From NCBI GenBank assembly GCA_023334545.1, contig JAADVB010000112.1:1-56549 (forward strand): a DNA stretch of 56,549 bases, read 5' to 3'. The translations under genes were made by a program, and so were the position numbers. The notes beneath the pieces are model-generated. The model was not told where the DNA came from. It saw nothing but the letters and a program-made list of their open reading frames with translations, and searched no databases. This document shows, piece after piece, positions 40,194-50,035 of the stretch (the stretch's first letter is position 1; the number at the start of each line of letters is the position of its first letter). Source of the stretch: Salisapilia sapeloensis CBS 127946 (taxonomy: Eukaryota; Protista; Oomycota).

Positions 40194-41270
40194 ATGTACC
40201 CGACGCTGATTCATGCAACAAAAACCACACATGGATTCGACCTGCTACCTTCCGAAGTTATGAAGAATATGGCGAGTTATCTGACTGGCGTCGATCTGTT
40301 CCAGCTTTCGCATGTGAATCAGTGGACATTTGCAATTATCAGTCAAAGCGATATGTGGCAAGGACGCATTCAGTCGTCTTCTCAAGATGCTAGGAAGGAA
40401 TATGTGTCTACTCGATCGTTGTATTTTGACGCGAGCAAGTATTACAAGGATATGCTGTATGAAGACTGTCCGGCCGAGGAGCGACATGGTGGTTGCATTG
40501 ACATCGCAGCCTTGAATAATAACGACAACAACTCGAATCTCTTCTGGATCAGCACTTCCTTGAGCTCGTGGGGTAGAAATTTCGCCTTTACGATGTGGTT
40601 TAGCATTCCTTCAACAGCCAAGAAGCAGCCAAGCATTCTATTGGGATCCCAATCAACTTCCTTCCGGAATCACCAGAGTCCTGTCGAACACCATTCGATT
40701 GTCTTCTTTGATGCTGATAATAATCTCTATTGCAGCGTCATCGATCGGTCTCAGTCTCCAGTAGGAAAGATCGAAAATGATATATGGTATCACCTTGCAC
40801 TCTCGTATGATGGACACAAGCAACAGGTGTATTTAAATGGCAAAATGGTAAATGAGCGCTACGGCATCTTGCCACTAGACGGTGCTCGATACACACAACT
40901 CGGCACAGGATTCGTGTGTGGATCCGAAGCTGCGTGTGAAGAGTGCTCTTATCGTATACCAAGTTGTATCCGAAGTTCGAAACCGACATGGCGATCATTC
41001 ACGGGGTACCTACGCCAGTTTGACCTGTATGAACGACCCTTGCGTCTGGATGAAGTAGAGAGCTTGACAATGGGGCTCTTAACAAGCAAGCTGTTGCCGG
41101 ACATGCAGTTCGATCTGAAAGAATGCCTCGAGGGATTCTCTCCTCTAGAAAATATCGAGAAGAGGATTACGACTGCACCACCGGAAGGCGTGGTGGAATA
41201 CATGCAGCGAAAACCAAGTGAGTCATTAAAGGATAAGATACTACGCTGGTGGAAGCTTTTATCGAACTAG
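40194..41270 (+). CDS. F-box + LamG/concanavalin-A-like domain protein
   Basis: F-box LLPSEVMKNMASYLTGVDLFQLSHVN...W; LamG3 motifs FAFTMWF, WYHLALSYDG...VYLNG and FTGYLRQFDLYERPL. Confidence 0.82.
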   Translation: MYPTLIHATKTTHGFDLLPSEVMKNMASYLTGVDLFQLSHVNQWTFAIISQSDMWQGRIQSSSQDARKEYVSTRSLYFDASKYYKDMLYEDCPAEERHGGCIDIAALNNNDNNSNLFWISTSLSSWGRNFAFTMWFSIPSTAKKQPSILLGSQSTSFRNHQSPVEHHSIVFFDADNNLYCSVIDRSQSPVGKIENDIWYHLALSYDGHKQQVYLNGKMVNERYGILPLDGARYTQLGTGFVCGSEAACEECSYRIPSCIRSSKPTWRSFTGYLRQFDLYERPLRLDEVESLTMGLLTSKLLPDMQFDLKECLEGFSPLENIEKRITTAPPEGVVEYMQRKPSESLKDKILRWWKLLSN

Positions 41271-41353
41271 GAGGCAAATGATAATATATTCATTTTCATG
41301 TTGAACGCTAGACGCGATGAAAGGATTAAAAGATCCATAGACGGATAGAAGGC

Positions 41354-41608
41354 TCAGGCCGATACACCGCTGCCGGTCCACTTGCCTGTCATGCGGCGCT
41401 GGAGCACGGCGTGGGAGACACCATTACGTTCGCGGCGACCGCCGCGTACGTTGATCGAGTGATTCTCCGAGACACCAGCCTCACTCGCGTGAAGCATGTC
41501 CATGATTTCCTTGCAGTCACTCGACAACTTGTCCTTGTTCGTCAGTGAGTTGTACTGCTCGAGACACTCAGTCTTCGTCGGCTTGGTCTCAACGTGCACG
41601 GTGTTCAT
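41354..41608 (-). CDS. Hypothetical 84-aa protein
   Basis: Clean ATG-to-stop ORF with a caccATG context and coding-like composition between AT-richer flanks; no recognisable family. Confidence 0.45.
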   Translation of the reverse strand: MNTVHVETKPTKTECLEQYNSLTNKDKLSSDCKEIMDMLHASEAGVSENHSINVRGGRRERNGVSHAVLQRRMTGKWTGSGVSA

Positions 41609-41980
41609 GGTGCTTTAGAAAGATCTCGTTGGGCTTGGAAGGGAAATCCGAAAGTGAGGAAGGAAAGAAACCTGGTGCTTCGCATTGTACCGTCTTTACA
41701 AGATCTCGCATACTAAAAGTAAGTGTCTTTGACATACCAAAAGCAACTTGAAGTGCTTAAATTTTACTTCAATATCCATTTAAAATTTCCACCAATCACA
41801 TGAACAATGCGAATGTTTGTAACCGACCGTTTTTTCTAACGGTTTGAAACGACCAGTGAAGTCAACAAATAGAAATGGAGGAATCGTCGGCGCCGGCGCC
41901 TCTATCGACACGAAAAGTGCACAAGGTGTCCGTTATTAAACGCGTTTTCCACAAACTATTTCCTTAACCCACATGCGATG

Positions 41981-42619
41981 CTAGGAAATCAATGGCGTGT
42001 CGACGGAATTCGCTGTGACAGTGTTTGCCAATCGCATCTTTATCCTCGTGACGCAATTAGGCACCTTTGGCACGGTGGTATGCGTTTTCTGATTATACCA
42101 ACATTCAAATTTGCTCATGAGACGTAGCTCGAAGTATCGCAGCGAGAGACGATCAATGGCAAAACACAGCCAGAGGTGCATGTCCGATTAGGTCGTCGAG
42201 ATGATCCACTGTTGCTCGTGTACGGACGACAATTTCTAGAGCACTTTGGGTACTTTTACGCTATCATACTTGCACCTAGTCATAATCTTACAGATATGGC
42301 CTAGATCTCCACTGGGACTTCCAGTGTTAGCATCAATCGGACTAAAAGACCGATCCTCCAGCACTTTCGAGCAAGTCATGCAGACACTCCAAGCGCTGGT
42401 AGCATAGACAGTAATAAATCGGAACATTGTGAATTTCACAAAGCAACAGCGTTCGCAAATTAGCAATTCAATCTCGGCTGCCTTCTTTGGTCCGCAAAAC
42501 ACTGCTCTGTCGGAATACAGCACGGAGGTGAAAATGTGGTAATTAAAGCAGACAGCACCTTCAGCTTGACACTCGAAAACTTGGGGAAAAAGCTGATTCC
42601 TCACGTCCGCTTCTACCAT
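41981..42619 (-). CDS. Hypothetical Cys-containing multi-exon gene; exon structure unresolved
   Basis: 127-aa ORF starting at ATG 42619 with several plausible GT-AG sites and a downstream exon-like stretch (EIVVRTRATVDHLDDLIGHAPL); no family recognised. Confidence 0.35.
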
Positions 42620-42676
42620 TCACAAGGAGGAGAGCACTTCGATATAAGTTACGCAGCAGGCTTCCCGTAATACGAG

Positions 42677-43475
42677 ATGGAGGGGTACGACCACTTGTTC
42701 AAGCTACTGCTCATCGGCGATGCTGGTGTCGGGAAAAGCAGGTAGAACGATTTCTTGGACCATCTTACTCCAGCTTCAATTCTTTCGAATACAGTTTCGC
42801 TTATTCCCTCCGATTAACTCGTTATATATTAACACAGTATGCTGCTACGCTTCACAGATGATACGTTTGAAGACAACTTACAGAGCACCATTGGTACGTC
42901 CTCATCCCAGCACTGTACAAAGTCCAATACTCAACCATGAATAGGAGTCGACTTCAAGGTGAAAATGATGGAGGTGGAAAAGAAGCGGATTAAAATGACG
43001 CTGTGGGACACTGCCGGGCAAGAGCGTTTCCGGACGCTCACCAGCTCTTACTATCGTGGCGCCCAAGGCATCGTGCTCGTCTATGACGTTGCCCGTCGAG
43101 ACACGTTCGAAAGTCTCGACTTGTGGTTACAAGAAGTGGAAGTCTACTCGCCTGCAAGTGGCCGTGAAGTCGTTAAACTACTCGTTGGCAACAAAATCGA
43201 CAAGGTACGCATATTGCTTTGCACACGTACAACTGTGTCTAACGCACGAATAGGAACGTGTGGTAAGTCGAAAGGAAGGCGAAGACTGGGCTCGATCCAA
43301 AGGCATGCTGTTTTTGGAAAGCAGTGCTAAGACACGTATTGGTATCCAGCAAGTTTTTAATGAAGTCGTGGAAAAGATTTTGGAGAATCCCAACCTCTTG
43401 GCCAACACCGTGCCCCGAGGTAGTCGACAGCTGCATCATCAGACACCCAATGCAAAAGGTAGTGGGTGTTGCTAG
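42677..43475 (+). CDS. RAB18: Rab18 GTPase, 4 exons
   Basis: [71 protein letters not shown] and C-terminal CC. Confidence 0.93.
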
Positions 43476-43579
43476 ATTATGTCGCTTGTCGTTGGAACCT
43501 TTCGTAGGTAGAGATGTAGACCAAGGAGCAATACGAAAAACATTCCATTTGAAAGCAAAAGTACCGGATTCGAGAAAAA

Positions 43580-44005
43580 TTATTCGCCATTGCTCCGACC
43601 TCGAATGCGTCGAGCGAGTTGCATGTCCTTGACCATCAACGTCACGCGCTTGCCATGGATGGCACATAAATTGCTACAGGTCAAATGAGCTTTGGTCAGG
43701 CGTAATATATACGTAATAACGTACGCGTCTTCGAAGAGCCGAGTCAAGTAGACTTCTGCCGCTTCCTGGAGCGCCATGAGCGCCTCTGCTTGCCAGCGAT
43801 ATGGTTGGGAAGCATAAAGCATCTGCAGCTCCCGCACCAATCGAGCAAACGGGAGCTTTCGAATAAGCAGGTCCGTCGTGCGCTGGAAGTAGCGGATCTC
43901 CCGCAAGGCCTTCATGCCAGGACGGTATCGTCGCTGGTTGGACCGCGGTGCAACAGGCGCCTGGACCGACCGCCGCGTCGTCGACGGCTTCCGTCGAGCA
44001 GACAT
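43580..44005 (-). CDS. CENPA: Centromeric histone H3 variant (CenH3/CENP-A)
   Basis: H3 histone fold with CenH3 diagnostics: Q68 to A (LPFARLVRE), F84 to W (RWQAEAL), T107 to A after splicing intron 43674-43724 (EDA|NLCAIH), a one-residue loop-1 insertion and a non-canonical N-tail. Confidence 0.88.
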   Translation of the reverse strand: MSARRKPSTTRRSVQAPVAPRSNQRRYRPGMKALREIRYFQRTTDLLIRKLPFARLVRELQMLYASQPYRWQAEALMALQEAAEVYLTRLFEDAYVITYILRLTKAHLTCSNLCAIHGKRVTLMVKDMQLARRIRGRSNGE

Positions 44006-44367
44006 CGGTGTCGCGATGTTGGTATGAAAAGTCGAATTCTAAGAAAAAGAAAGGAAAGAAAAGAGAACCCTTCAACTGACGTCCGTTTGTTCCGACTTGA
44101 ATTGGGTATGGTCGTTGTCGACCATCAGACCCTATCGCACGAACGCCATCCTCCCCGTCCATCACCGTGGTGTCGTCAGTAATTCACTTACGACATTGAG
44201 AGAAGTAGCTACCTCTTCAAGTAGTATACACGTCGGGGCTAACATCTCTGAAATTCGAAACAAGTAGGTCGGATTAATAGCAAGCCGCAGCTTCTTTTCT
44301 ATTTTCAAGTGACGCCAGTTTGTTCTCCGGCCTGACTTGCAATCCTTCTACGCACAAACACAAGAGC

Positions 44368-47300
44368 ATGGACTATGCCCTGGAAGAAGCTTGTGTTCCA
44401 GCCTTTTGCCTCACCGAAGATGGACAGGTCTCGCTCTGGAATAGAGCACTAGCACAGCTTACTGGCACCGACACGAAGGTAGTGGTAGGACGGCCACTCG
44501 AAGAACTTGTGCACCAAGACAGCACTGGAGATGTGCATCGGTACATCCGCGACCTACATTCCTCACCCCACAAGCCTCTCGAGAATGCTCGCCTCGAGTT
44601 CGTCCACTGCCGCACGGGAGCTTTGATCACACTACGGACGAATATGACGGCATCCTTGACGTTTGAGGATCGTGTCGACCGAATCGTCGCGATATGTGAT
44701 GTCTTACGATGCGTACGACCACTATCGGTCTCCCACGATTCGATCGACCTCCCTTCTTCCCCGATAATACCAGCAGCGAGCGACGATGAGAAACGATCTA
44801 TCAACGATCTACCTGAACTTGATGTGAGCAGCACTCCTCCATCCCGACAAGAAGCTCCAAACAATAATCGTTCTCGAAATGATCACATTGGCTTTCGTAG
44901 TGAACGTAGAGGTAGTATGCAAAGTGATGCCGAGTCGACCACATCTTCCTGCAAGATGTCGCCGTACGGAAAGGCGCTCATGGCTGCCAACGTACCTGTC
45001 TTTGAGCTCGACCACGACGCTCGTATCATGGTCTGGAACGCGAAAACCGCTTCTCTCACAGGCTTCAGTTCCGAAGGTGTGGTGGGTCAGTTGCTCACCG
45101 ACACGGTAGACGCATCTTCCAAAGACCGCTTCCAACACGCCTTCCAGACTGCTGTTGACACGCAGCGTGCTGGAGACGAGTTCGAGGTCTGTTTCACTGC
45201 GAATGACGGTAGCCACGCCGAAGTCATGCTGTCACTCTCGCCACAAGTAGATGATGACGGGCGAGTCATTGGCGTCATGGCGATCGGACAAGACGTCAAG
45301 CACCAGTCGAGCAACGATAGCAGTATGATCAACACGGCGAACGCTCCGATCTTTGGGATTGATATTGAAGGCCGGATCGTCATTTTTAATAAGAAAGCTT
45401 CGAAAGTCACCGAGTTTTCGCCGGAGGAAGTGCTAGGCTGCAATCTCATCGAGACCTTGGCGCAAGGAAGTGTACGTGAAGCTGTCGCGAACGTCTTTGA
45501 TGCAGCTGTGAAAGGCCAGGCGACGGCTAACTTTGAGTTCCCACTCGCGACACGAAGTGGTAAGCGGATAAGTATCCTTCTGAATGTAACGCCTCGATAC
45601 GACCATCACGGACGTGTGATTGGTGCTGTGGGGATCGGCCAGGACATCACGGAACGAGTGGTGCAGGAAGAAGAACTCCGTCGACTCATCTACACTGCCA
45701 ATGCGCCTATCGTCGGTGTTGATAAAGACTATAAGATCAACATTTGGAATCGAAAAGCGACGACTATTACAGAGTATAACAGTGATGAAGCCATTGGCTA
45801 TCAGCTGACAGAGTTCCTGCCGGAAGGACATAAAGAAAGCGTCCAGCATGTCTTCCAACAAGCACTGGAAGAAGCAAAGGAGACGGCGCGATTCGAGTTT
45901 CCGCTTGTGACAAAAGAAGGACGAGAGCTCAAGATCCTGTTGAACGCAACGCCGAGGTTTGACCATAAAGGACGTATCATCGGTGTCGTCGGCATCGGAC
46001 ATGACTTTACAGACTTGAAAGCGCAGGAGCAAGAATATGCTCGCTTGATCGAGACGGCGAATGCGCCTATCTTTGGCGTCGATGTAGACTTTTCCATTAC
46101 GATTTGGAATCGAAAAGCTGCTGAAGTCACAGGGTACTCTGCAGAAGAAGCGTTGGGGACAGACTTGATCCAGGAGTTCATTCCGGATGAATATAAAGTA
46201 CAAGTCCGTGGCGTTCTATCTCTCGCATTGGATGGAGAGGAGACGGCGAACTTTGAGTTTCCGTTGGTCACGAGAGGGGGAAGGAGGGTTGAAGTGCTAT
46301 TGAATGCGACGCCAAGATATGATGAGCGACAGAATATTATCGGAGTGGTCGGTATTGGACAAGATATTACAGCTCGAATCGCTCAAGAGCAAGAGTACAG
46401 GAGACTCATCGATACTGCCAACGCTCCGATCTTCGGTGTCGATCAAGATGGACTTGTCACTATCTGGAATAACAAAGCAGCAGAGATTACACAGTACACG
46501 AATGAGGATGTCATGGGCGAACACCTCGTGAATAAGTTCATCACAGATGACTACAAGGAAGCAGTGGCGTCCGTCTTGAGCAAGGCGTTGGAAGGCACAG
46601 AGACCGCTAACTTTGAGTTCCCACTTATGACAAAAGGAGGGCGTAGGGTCGAGATCCTGCTGAACGCTACGCCGAGGTATAATGAGCATGGGCAAGTGAT
46701 AGGAATGGTTGGTATCGGTCAGGATATTACCGACCGCATCGCACAGGAGCAAGAGCATATGAAGCTAATTGAGAATGCCAATGCTCCTATCTTTGGTGTG
46801 AACGTTGATGGTTTCGTGACGATTTGGAACCAGAAGATGGCGGATATTACGCAATACACCAAGGTCGAGGCCATCGGCAAGTACTTTGTCAACAGTTTTG
46901 TCGAACCGACGTACCGTGGTATCCTCGCGGACGTCTTATCGGATGCCCAACGATCCGCTTTTGCTGCTTCAAATGTTGAGATCGTCTTGACGACCAAGAC
47001 TGGCAGGCGAGCGAATATCTTGATGAATGCAACCGTACGCTTTGGACAGCATGGAGAAGTGGAAGGTGTCGTTGGTATCGGACAAGACATTACCGATCGA
47101 CTAGCGCAAGAGCAGGAATACACTCGTCTTATCGATACAGCCAACGCTCCAATCTTTGGTGTGGACGACAAAGGTCTGGTGACGATTTGGAATAAGAAAG
47201 CAGCGCAGTTGACACAGTACAAGACACGAGAAGTCGTGGGTCAGAACCTCGTCGAGACGTTTGTGTCGCCCAAGCACCGACCAGCCGTGAAGCAAGTGTT

Positions 47301-49944
47301 TGCCAAGGCACTCGAAGGTATCCAAACGGCAAACTTTGACTTTCCATTGATCACCAAGTCTGGTACACGAGTGGATGTTTTGCTGAATGCAACACCAAGG
47401 AATGATCCGCATGGAAATATCGTCGGCGTCGTGGGCATCGGTCAGGATATCACCGATAGGATTGCTCAGGAGCACGAGTACTACCGTCTGATCGACAGTG
47501 CGAATGCTCCGATTTTTGGTGTCGATCCTTTTGGTTGTGTGAATGAATGGAATCAGAAGATTGGACAATTGACTGGGTATGCGAAGAAAGATGTGGTGGG
47601 AGAATCACTCGTCGAACGCTTCGTGGCGCAGGATTCAGCCGATCAAGTGTGGAAACAACTACGACAGGCACTTATCGGTATTGATGTTGGCGAGATGGAG
47701 CTGCCGATCCATACCAAGAGCGGTCGGTCGCTCTTATTGCTTGTGAACGCGTCTAGTAAGATGGACTTGAGTGGAAATATTGTTGGTGTCATTGGCGTCG
47801 GACAGGACTACACGGCAAAGAAACGGATGGAGGCTGCGAGAGTCAACTTCCTCGCTTCCTTTAGTCATGAGTTACGCACACCGTTAAATGGCGTGCTTGG
47901 TATGCTCGAGTTGATTCGAAACGATACGTTGGAGAGAAAGACACGCAAGAGATACGTGGACATGGCGTACATCAGCGGCAGTCTCCTCTTGAATCTTATA
48001 AACGATATCCTGGATTTGTCCAAGATCGAAGCTGGTCACATGGAAATCAACTATGATCCATTCCATCTAGATGATCTACTCTCGTACGTCATTGAGCTGT
48101 TCAAGTTCAAGGCAAAAGAAAAGAAAATTGATCTAGTGCTCGAAGCAGGTGACCTTCCTCATGCACTCATTGGAGACGTTGGTAGGCTGCGTCAGATTCT
48201 ACTCAACTTTTTATCCAACGCCATTAAGTTTACAAAGAAAGGAAGTATTACAGTGAAGTGTCATACGGTATCAGCAACGGATGTGCCACCAGAGAAGAAG
48301 AGATTTCTGTTCGAAGTGGTGGATACGGGCATCGGCATGACCTCAGAGGAAATGGCGCATCTCTTTGAAATCTTTTTCAAAGTTAACAGTATGAAGAAGG
48401 ATAACCCGACTGGATCTGGACTTGGTCTTGCCATTTGTAAGCAGTTGGTCGAGCTCATGGGTGGACAGATTGGCGTCGAGAGCGAAAAATTTGTAGGTAG
48501 TAACTTTTACTTCATCGTGGACTTGGAAGTGGCCAATGAAGAGAGCACATCATCCTTGTTCCGACCGGAGAATGCCGACACGAAGCCTGCCATCCACCGA
48601 GCTGTATCTGACGATCTCCATGCAAGCGTCCTTGTCGTGGAGGACAATGACTTTAACTGGGAAATCGTATGTGCTTTCCTCTGCAACAACGGCGAAGACC
48701 ATTTCGTCCGGTGGGAAGCGAATGGTCAGGCAGCACTTGAAGCGTATAAGAAGCACCACGAGTGCTTCGATCTTGTGCTCATGGACTGCGAAATGCCTGT
48801 CATGGACGGCTACAACGCCACACGATCCATCCGTAAGTATGAAAAAGATAATGGTCTTCCGAGGATGCCAGTCTTAGGTCTCACTGCCTACGCCATGCAC
48901 GGGGATCGGCAAAAGTGTCTGGATGCAGGTATGGATGAGTTCCTGGTGAAGCCGATCGGTCAAACAACTCTCCTTCAAGCCATCCACACTTGGAAAGGCA
49001 AGAAGAGAACTACGCGCGGCTTGATAGATCGAATGGCGGCTGGGCTTCAACGAGCGTCACAGTACCAACAGCATATAACGATCGATAAAGCAATCTCTGC
49101 TCTCGAGCTGGAAGATCCCAGCCGAGTTGCAAAGCATGGAGATACGCTCATGATCGCGCATGAACCTTCAGGCATTCCGACGACAGGCTCGTTGTACTCA
49201 TCCGAAGGAAGTGACAGTAGGTCCCAATACCAAGACTCAGATCTTTCCAGGTCGAGATCGTGGACTCAGATCGGGTCTCGATCTCTTCCTGCTGGATGCA
49301 AATTCCCTTTTAAAGATGCGCATGGCAACGTTGGCACGAGCACGATGCCTGCTTCAGAGATAAAGGTACAGAACTCTAGTCGTTCCAGGCGTCATACGTT
49401 CTTCCCTTACCTATCCAAATCTCAGGGTGTGAATCAGATCAAGGAGGGTATTGAAGAGAATGAGCCGGACCCTCCGTTGCCTGTTATGCTTGCTGTCAAT
49501 CCACTTGATAGTGTCGTTCTTCCCGACGGAGATCCGATCAACTTTGCAAAGGGTGTGTCCCAATGTGGAGGCAAAGAACCCCTCTTTATGACGTTCTTGG
49601 AGAATTATAATCGTCAAGTAGGAGGCAAAATGGCTCAGATCCAAAATGCCTTCGAACAGAAAGACTGGCAGACAGTCAAGTCGACTAGTCATTCACTCAA
49701 AGGCATGTCGGCCTATGCAGCCGCAGAGCGTGTGGAGAAGAGCGCCCAACGACTAGAACTGGCATCGACAAGACTCATGTCTTCTTTAGAGCAAGTGGGA
49801 TCGGTGGAGAGAGAGATGCGGTTGCTCCGGGACGAGTACGAGCATTTGAAAGGATACTTAAGACGAAATTTCGAGTTTGGGGCGCCGGAAACGAAAAAGA
49901 AGGTGGATCAAAAGGACGATGGCTTTGCATGCGCGCTGATGTGA
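44368..49944 (+). CDS. HK2: soluble hybrid histidine kinase, 9 PAS - HisKA - HATPase_c - receiver - HPt, C-terminal CaaX; paralog of HK1
   Basis: SFSHELRTPLNG, NFLSNAIKFT, DTGIGM, GSGLGLAIC, LVLMDCEMPVMDG, and HPt STSHSLKGMSAY; first ATG at 44368; 9 PAS units counted. Confidence 0.95.
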   Translation: MDYALEEACVPAFCLTEDGQVSLWNRALAQLTGTDTKVVVGRPLEELVHQDSTGDVHRYIRDLHSSPHKPLENARLEFVHCRTGALITLRTNMTASLTFEDRVDRIVAICDVLRCVRPLSVSHDSIDLPSSPIIPAASDDEKRSINDLPELDVSSTPPSRQEAPNNNRSRNDHIGFRSERRGSMQSDAESTTSSCKMSPYGKALMAANVPVFELDHDARIMVWNAKTASLTGFSSEGVVGQLLTDTVDASSKDRFQHAFQTAVDTQRAGDEFEVCFTANDGSHAEVMLSLSPQVDDDGRVIGVMAIGQDVKHQSSNDSSMINTANAPIFGIDIEGRIVIFNKKASKVTEFSPEEVLGCNLIETLAQGSVREAVANVFDAAVKGQATANFEFPLATRSGKRISILLNVTPRYDHHGRVIGAVGIGQDITERVVQEEELRRLIYTANAPIVGVDKDYKINIWNRKATTITEYNSDEAIGYQLTEFLPEGHKESVQHVFQQALEEAKETARFEFPLVTKEGRELKILLNATPRFDHKGRIIGVVGIGHDFTDLKAQEQEYARLIETANAPIFGVDVDFSITIWNRKAAEVTGYSAEEALGTDLIQEFIPDEYKVQVRGVLSLALDGEETANFEFPLVTRGGRRVEVLLNATPRYDERQNIIGVVGIGQDITARIAQEQEYRRLIDTANAPIFGVDQDGLVTIWNNKAAEITQYTNEDVMGEHLVNKFITDDYKEAVASVLSKALEGTETANFEFPLMTKGGRRVEILLNATPRYNEHGQVIGMVGIGQDITDRIAQEQEHMKLIENANAPIFGVNVDGFVTIWNQKMADITQYTKVEAIGKYFVNSFVEPTYRGILADVLSDAQRSAFAASNVEIVLTTKTGRRANILMNATVRFGQHGEVEGVVGIGQDITDRLAQEQEYTRLIDTANAPIFGVDDKGLVTIWNKKAAQLTQYKTREVVGQNLVETFVSPKHRPAVKQVFAKALEGIQTANFDFPLITKSGTRVDVLLNATPRNDPHGNIVGVVGIGQDITDRIAQEHEYYRLIDSANAPIFGVDPFGCVNEWNQKIGQLTGYAKKDVVGESLVERFVAQDSADQVWKQLRQALIGIDVGEMELPIHTKSGRSLLLLVNASSKMDLSGNIVGVIGVGQDYTAKKRMEAARVNFLASFSHELRTPLNGVLGMLELIRNDTLERKTRKRYVDMAYISGSLLLNLINDILDLSKIEAGHMEINYDPFHLDDLLSYVIELFKFKAKEKKIDLVLEAGDLPHALIGDVGRLRQILLNFLSNAIKFTKKGSITVKCHTVSATDVPPEKKRFLFEVVDTGIGMTSEEMAHLFEIFFKVNSMKKDNPTGSGLGLAICKQLVELMGGQIGVESEKFVGSNFYFIVDLEVANEESTSSLFRPENADTKPAIHRAVSDDLHASVLVVEDNDFNWEIVCAFLCNNGEDHFVRWEANGQAALEAYKKHHECFDLVLMDCEMPVMDGYNATRSIRKYEKDNGLPRMPVLGLTAYAMHGDRQKCLDAGMDEFLVKPIGQTTLLQAIHTWKGKKRTTRGLIDRMAAGLQRASQYQQHITIDKAISALELEDPSRVAKHGDTLMIAHEPSGIPTTGSLYSSEGSDSRSQYQDSDLSRSRSWTQIGSRSLPAGCKFPFKDAHGNVGTSTMPASEIKVQNSSRSRRHTFFPYLSKSQGVNQIKEGIEENEPDPPLPVMLAVNPLDSVVLPDGDPINFAKGVSQCGGKEPLFMTFLENYNRQVGGKMAQIQNAFEQKDWQTVKSTSHSLKGMSAYAAAERVEKSAQRLELASTRLMSSLEQVGSVEREMRLLRDEYEHLKGYLRRNFEFGAPETKKKVDQKDDGFACALM
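45320..47820 (+). repeat. Coding tandem repeat of PAS units 3-9 in HK2 (360/363-nt spacing)
   Basis: NAP codons start at 45340, 45700, 46060, 46420, 46780, 47143 and 47503. Confidence 0.93.
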
Positions 49945-50035
49945 GTTTGGACGTAGTAGGCAAGCGACAAGGCGTACTTGAAGGCAGTTTCTAATTTGTA
50001 AAACAGTTTAACATGATAGTTTTTGCATGCGATAT

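Noticed and set aside
43674-44182. Overlapping ORFs 43674-44165 (-) and 43790-44182 (+) as separate genes
   Set aside because: Alternative-frame or antisense shadows of CenH3; only the first codons of the minus ORF may be a real 5' exon.
21422-49944. LOV/phytochrome photoreceptor function for the kinases
   Set aside because: No NCRFLQ flavin-adduct motif and no GAF/PHY bilin-binding core; light sensing is not supported by the sequence.
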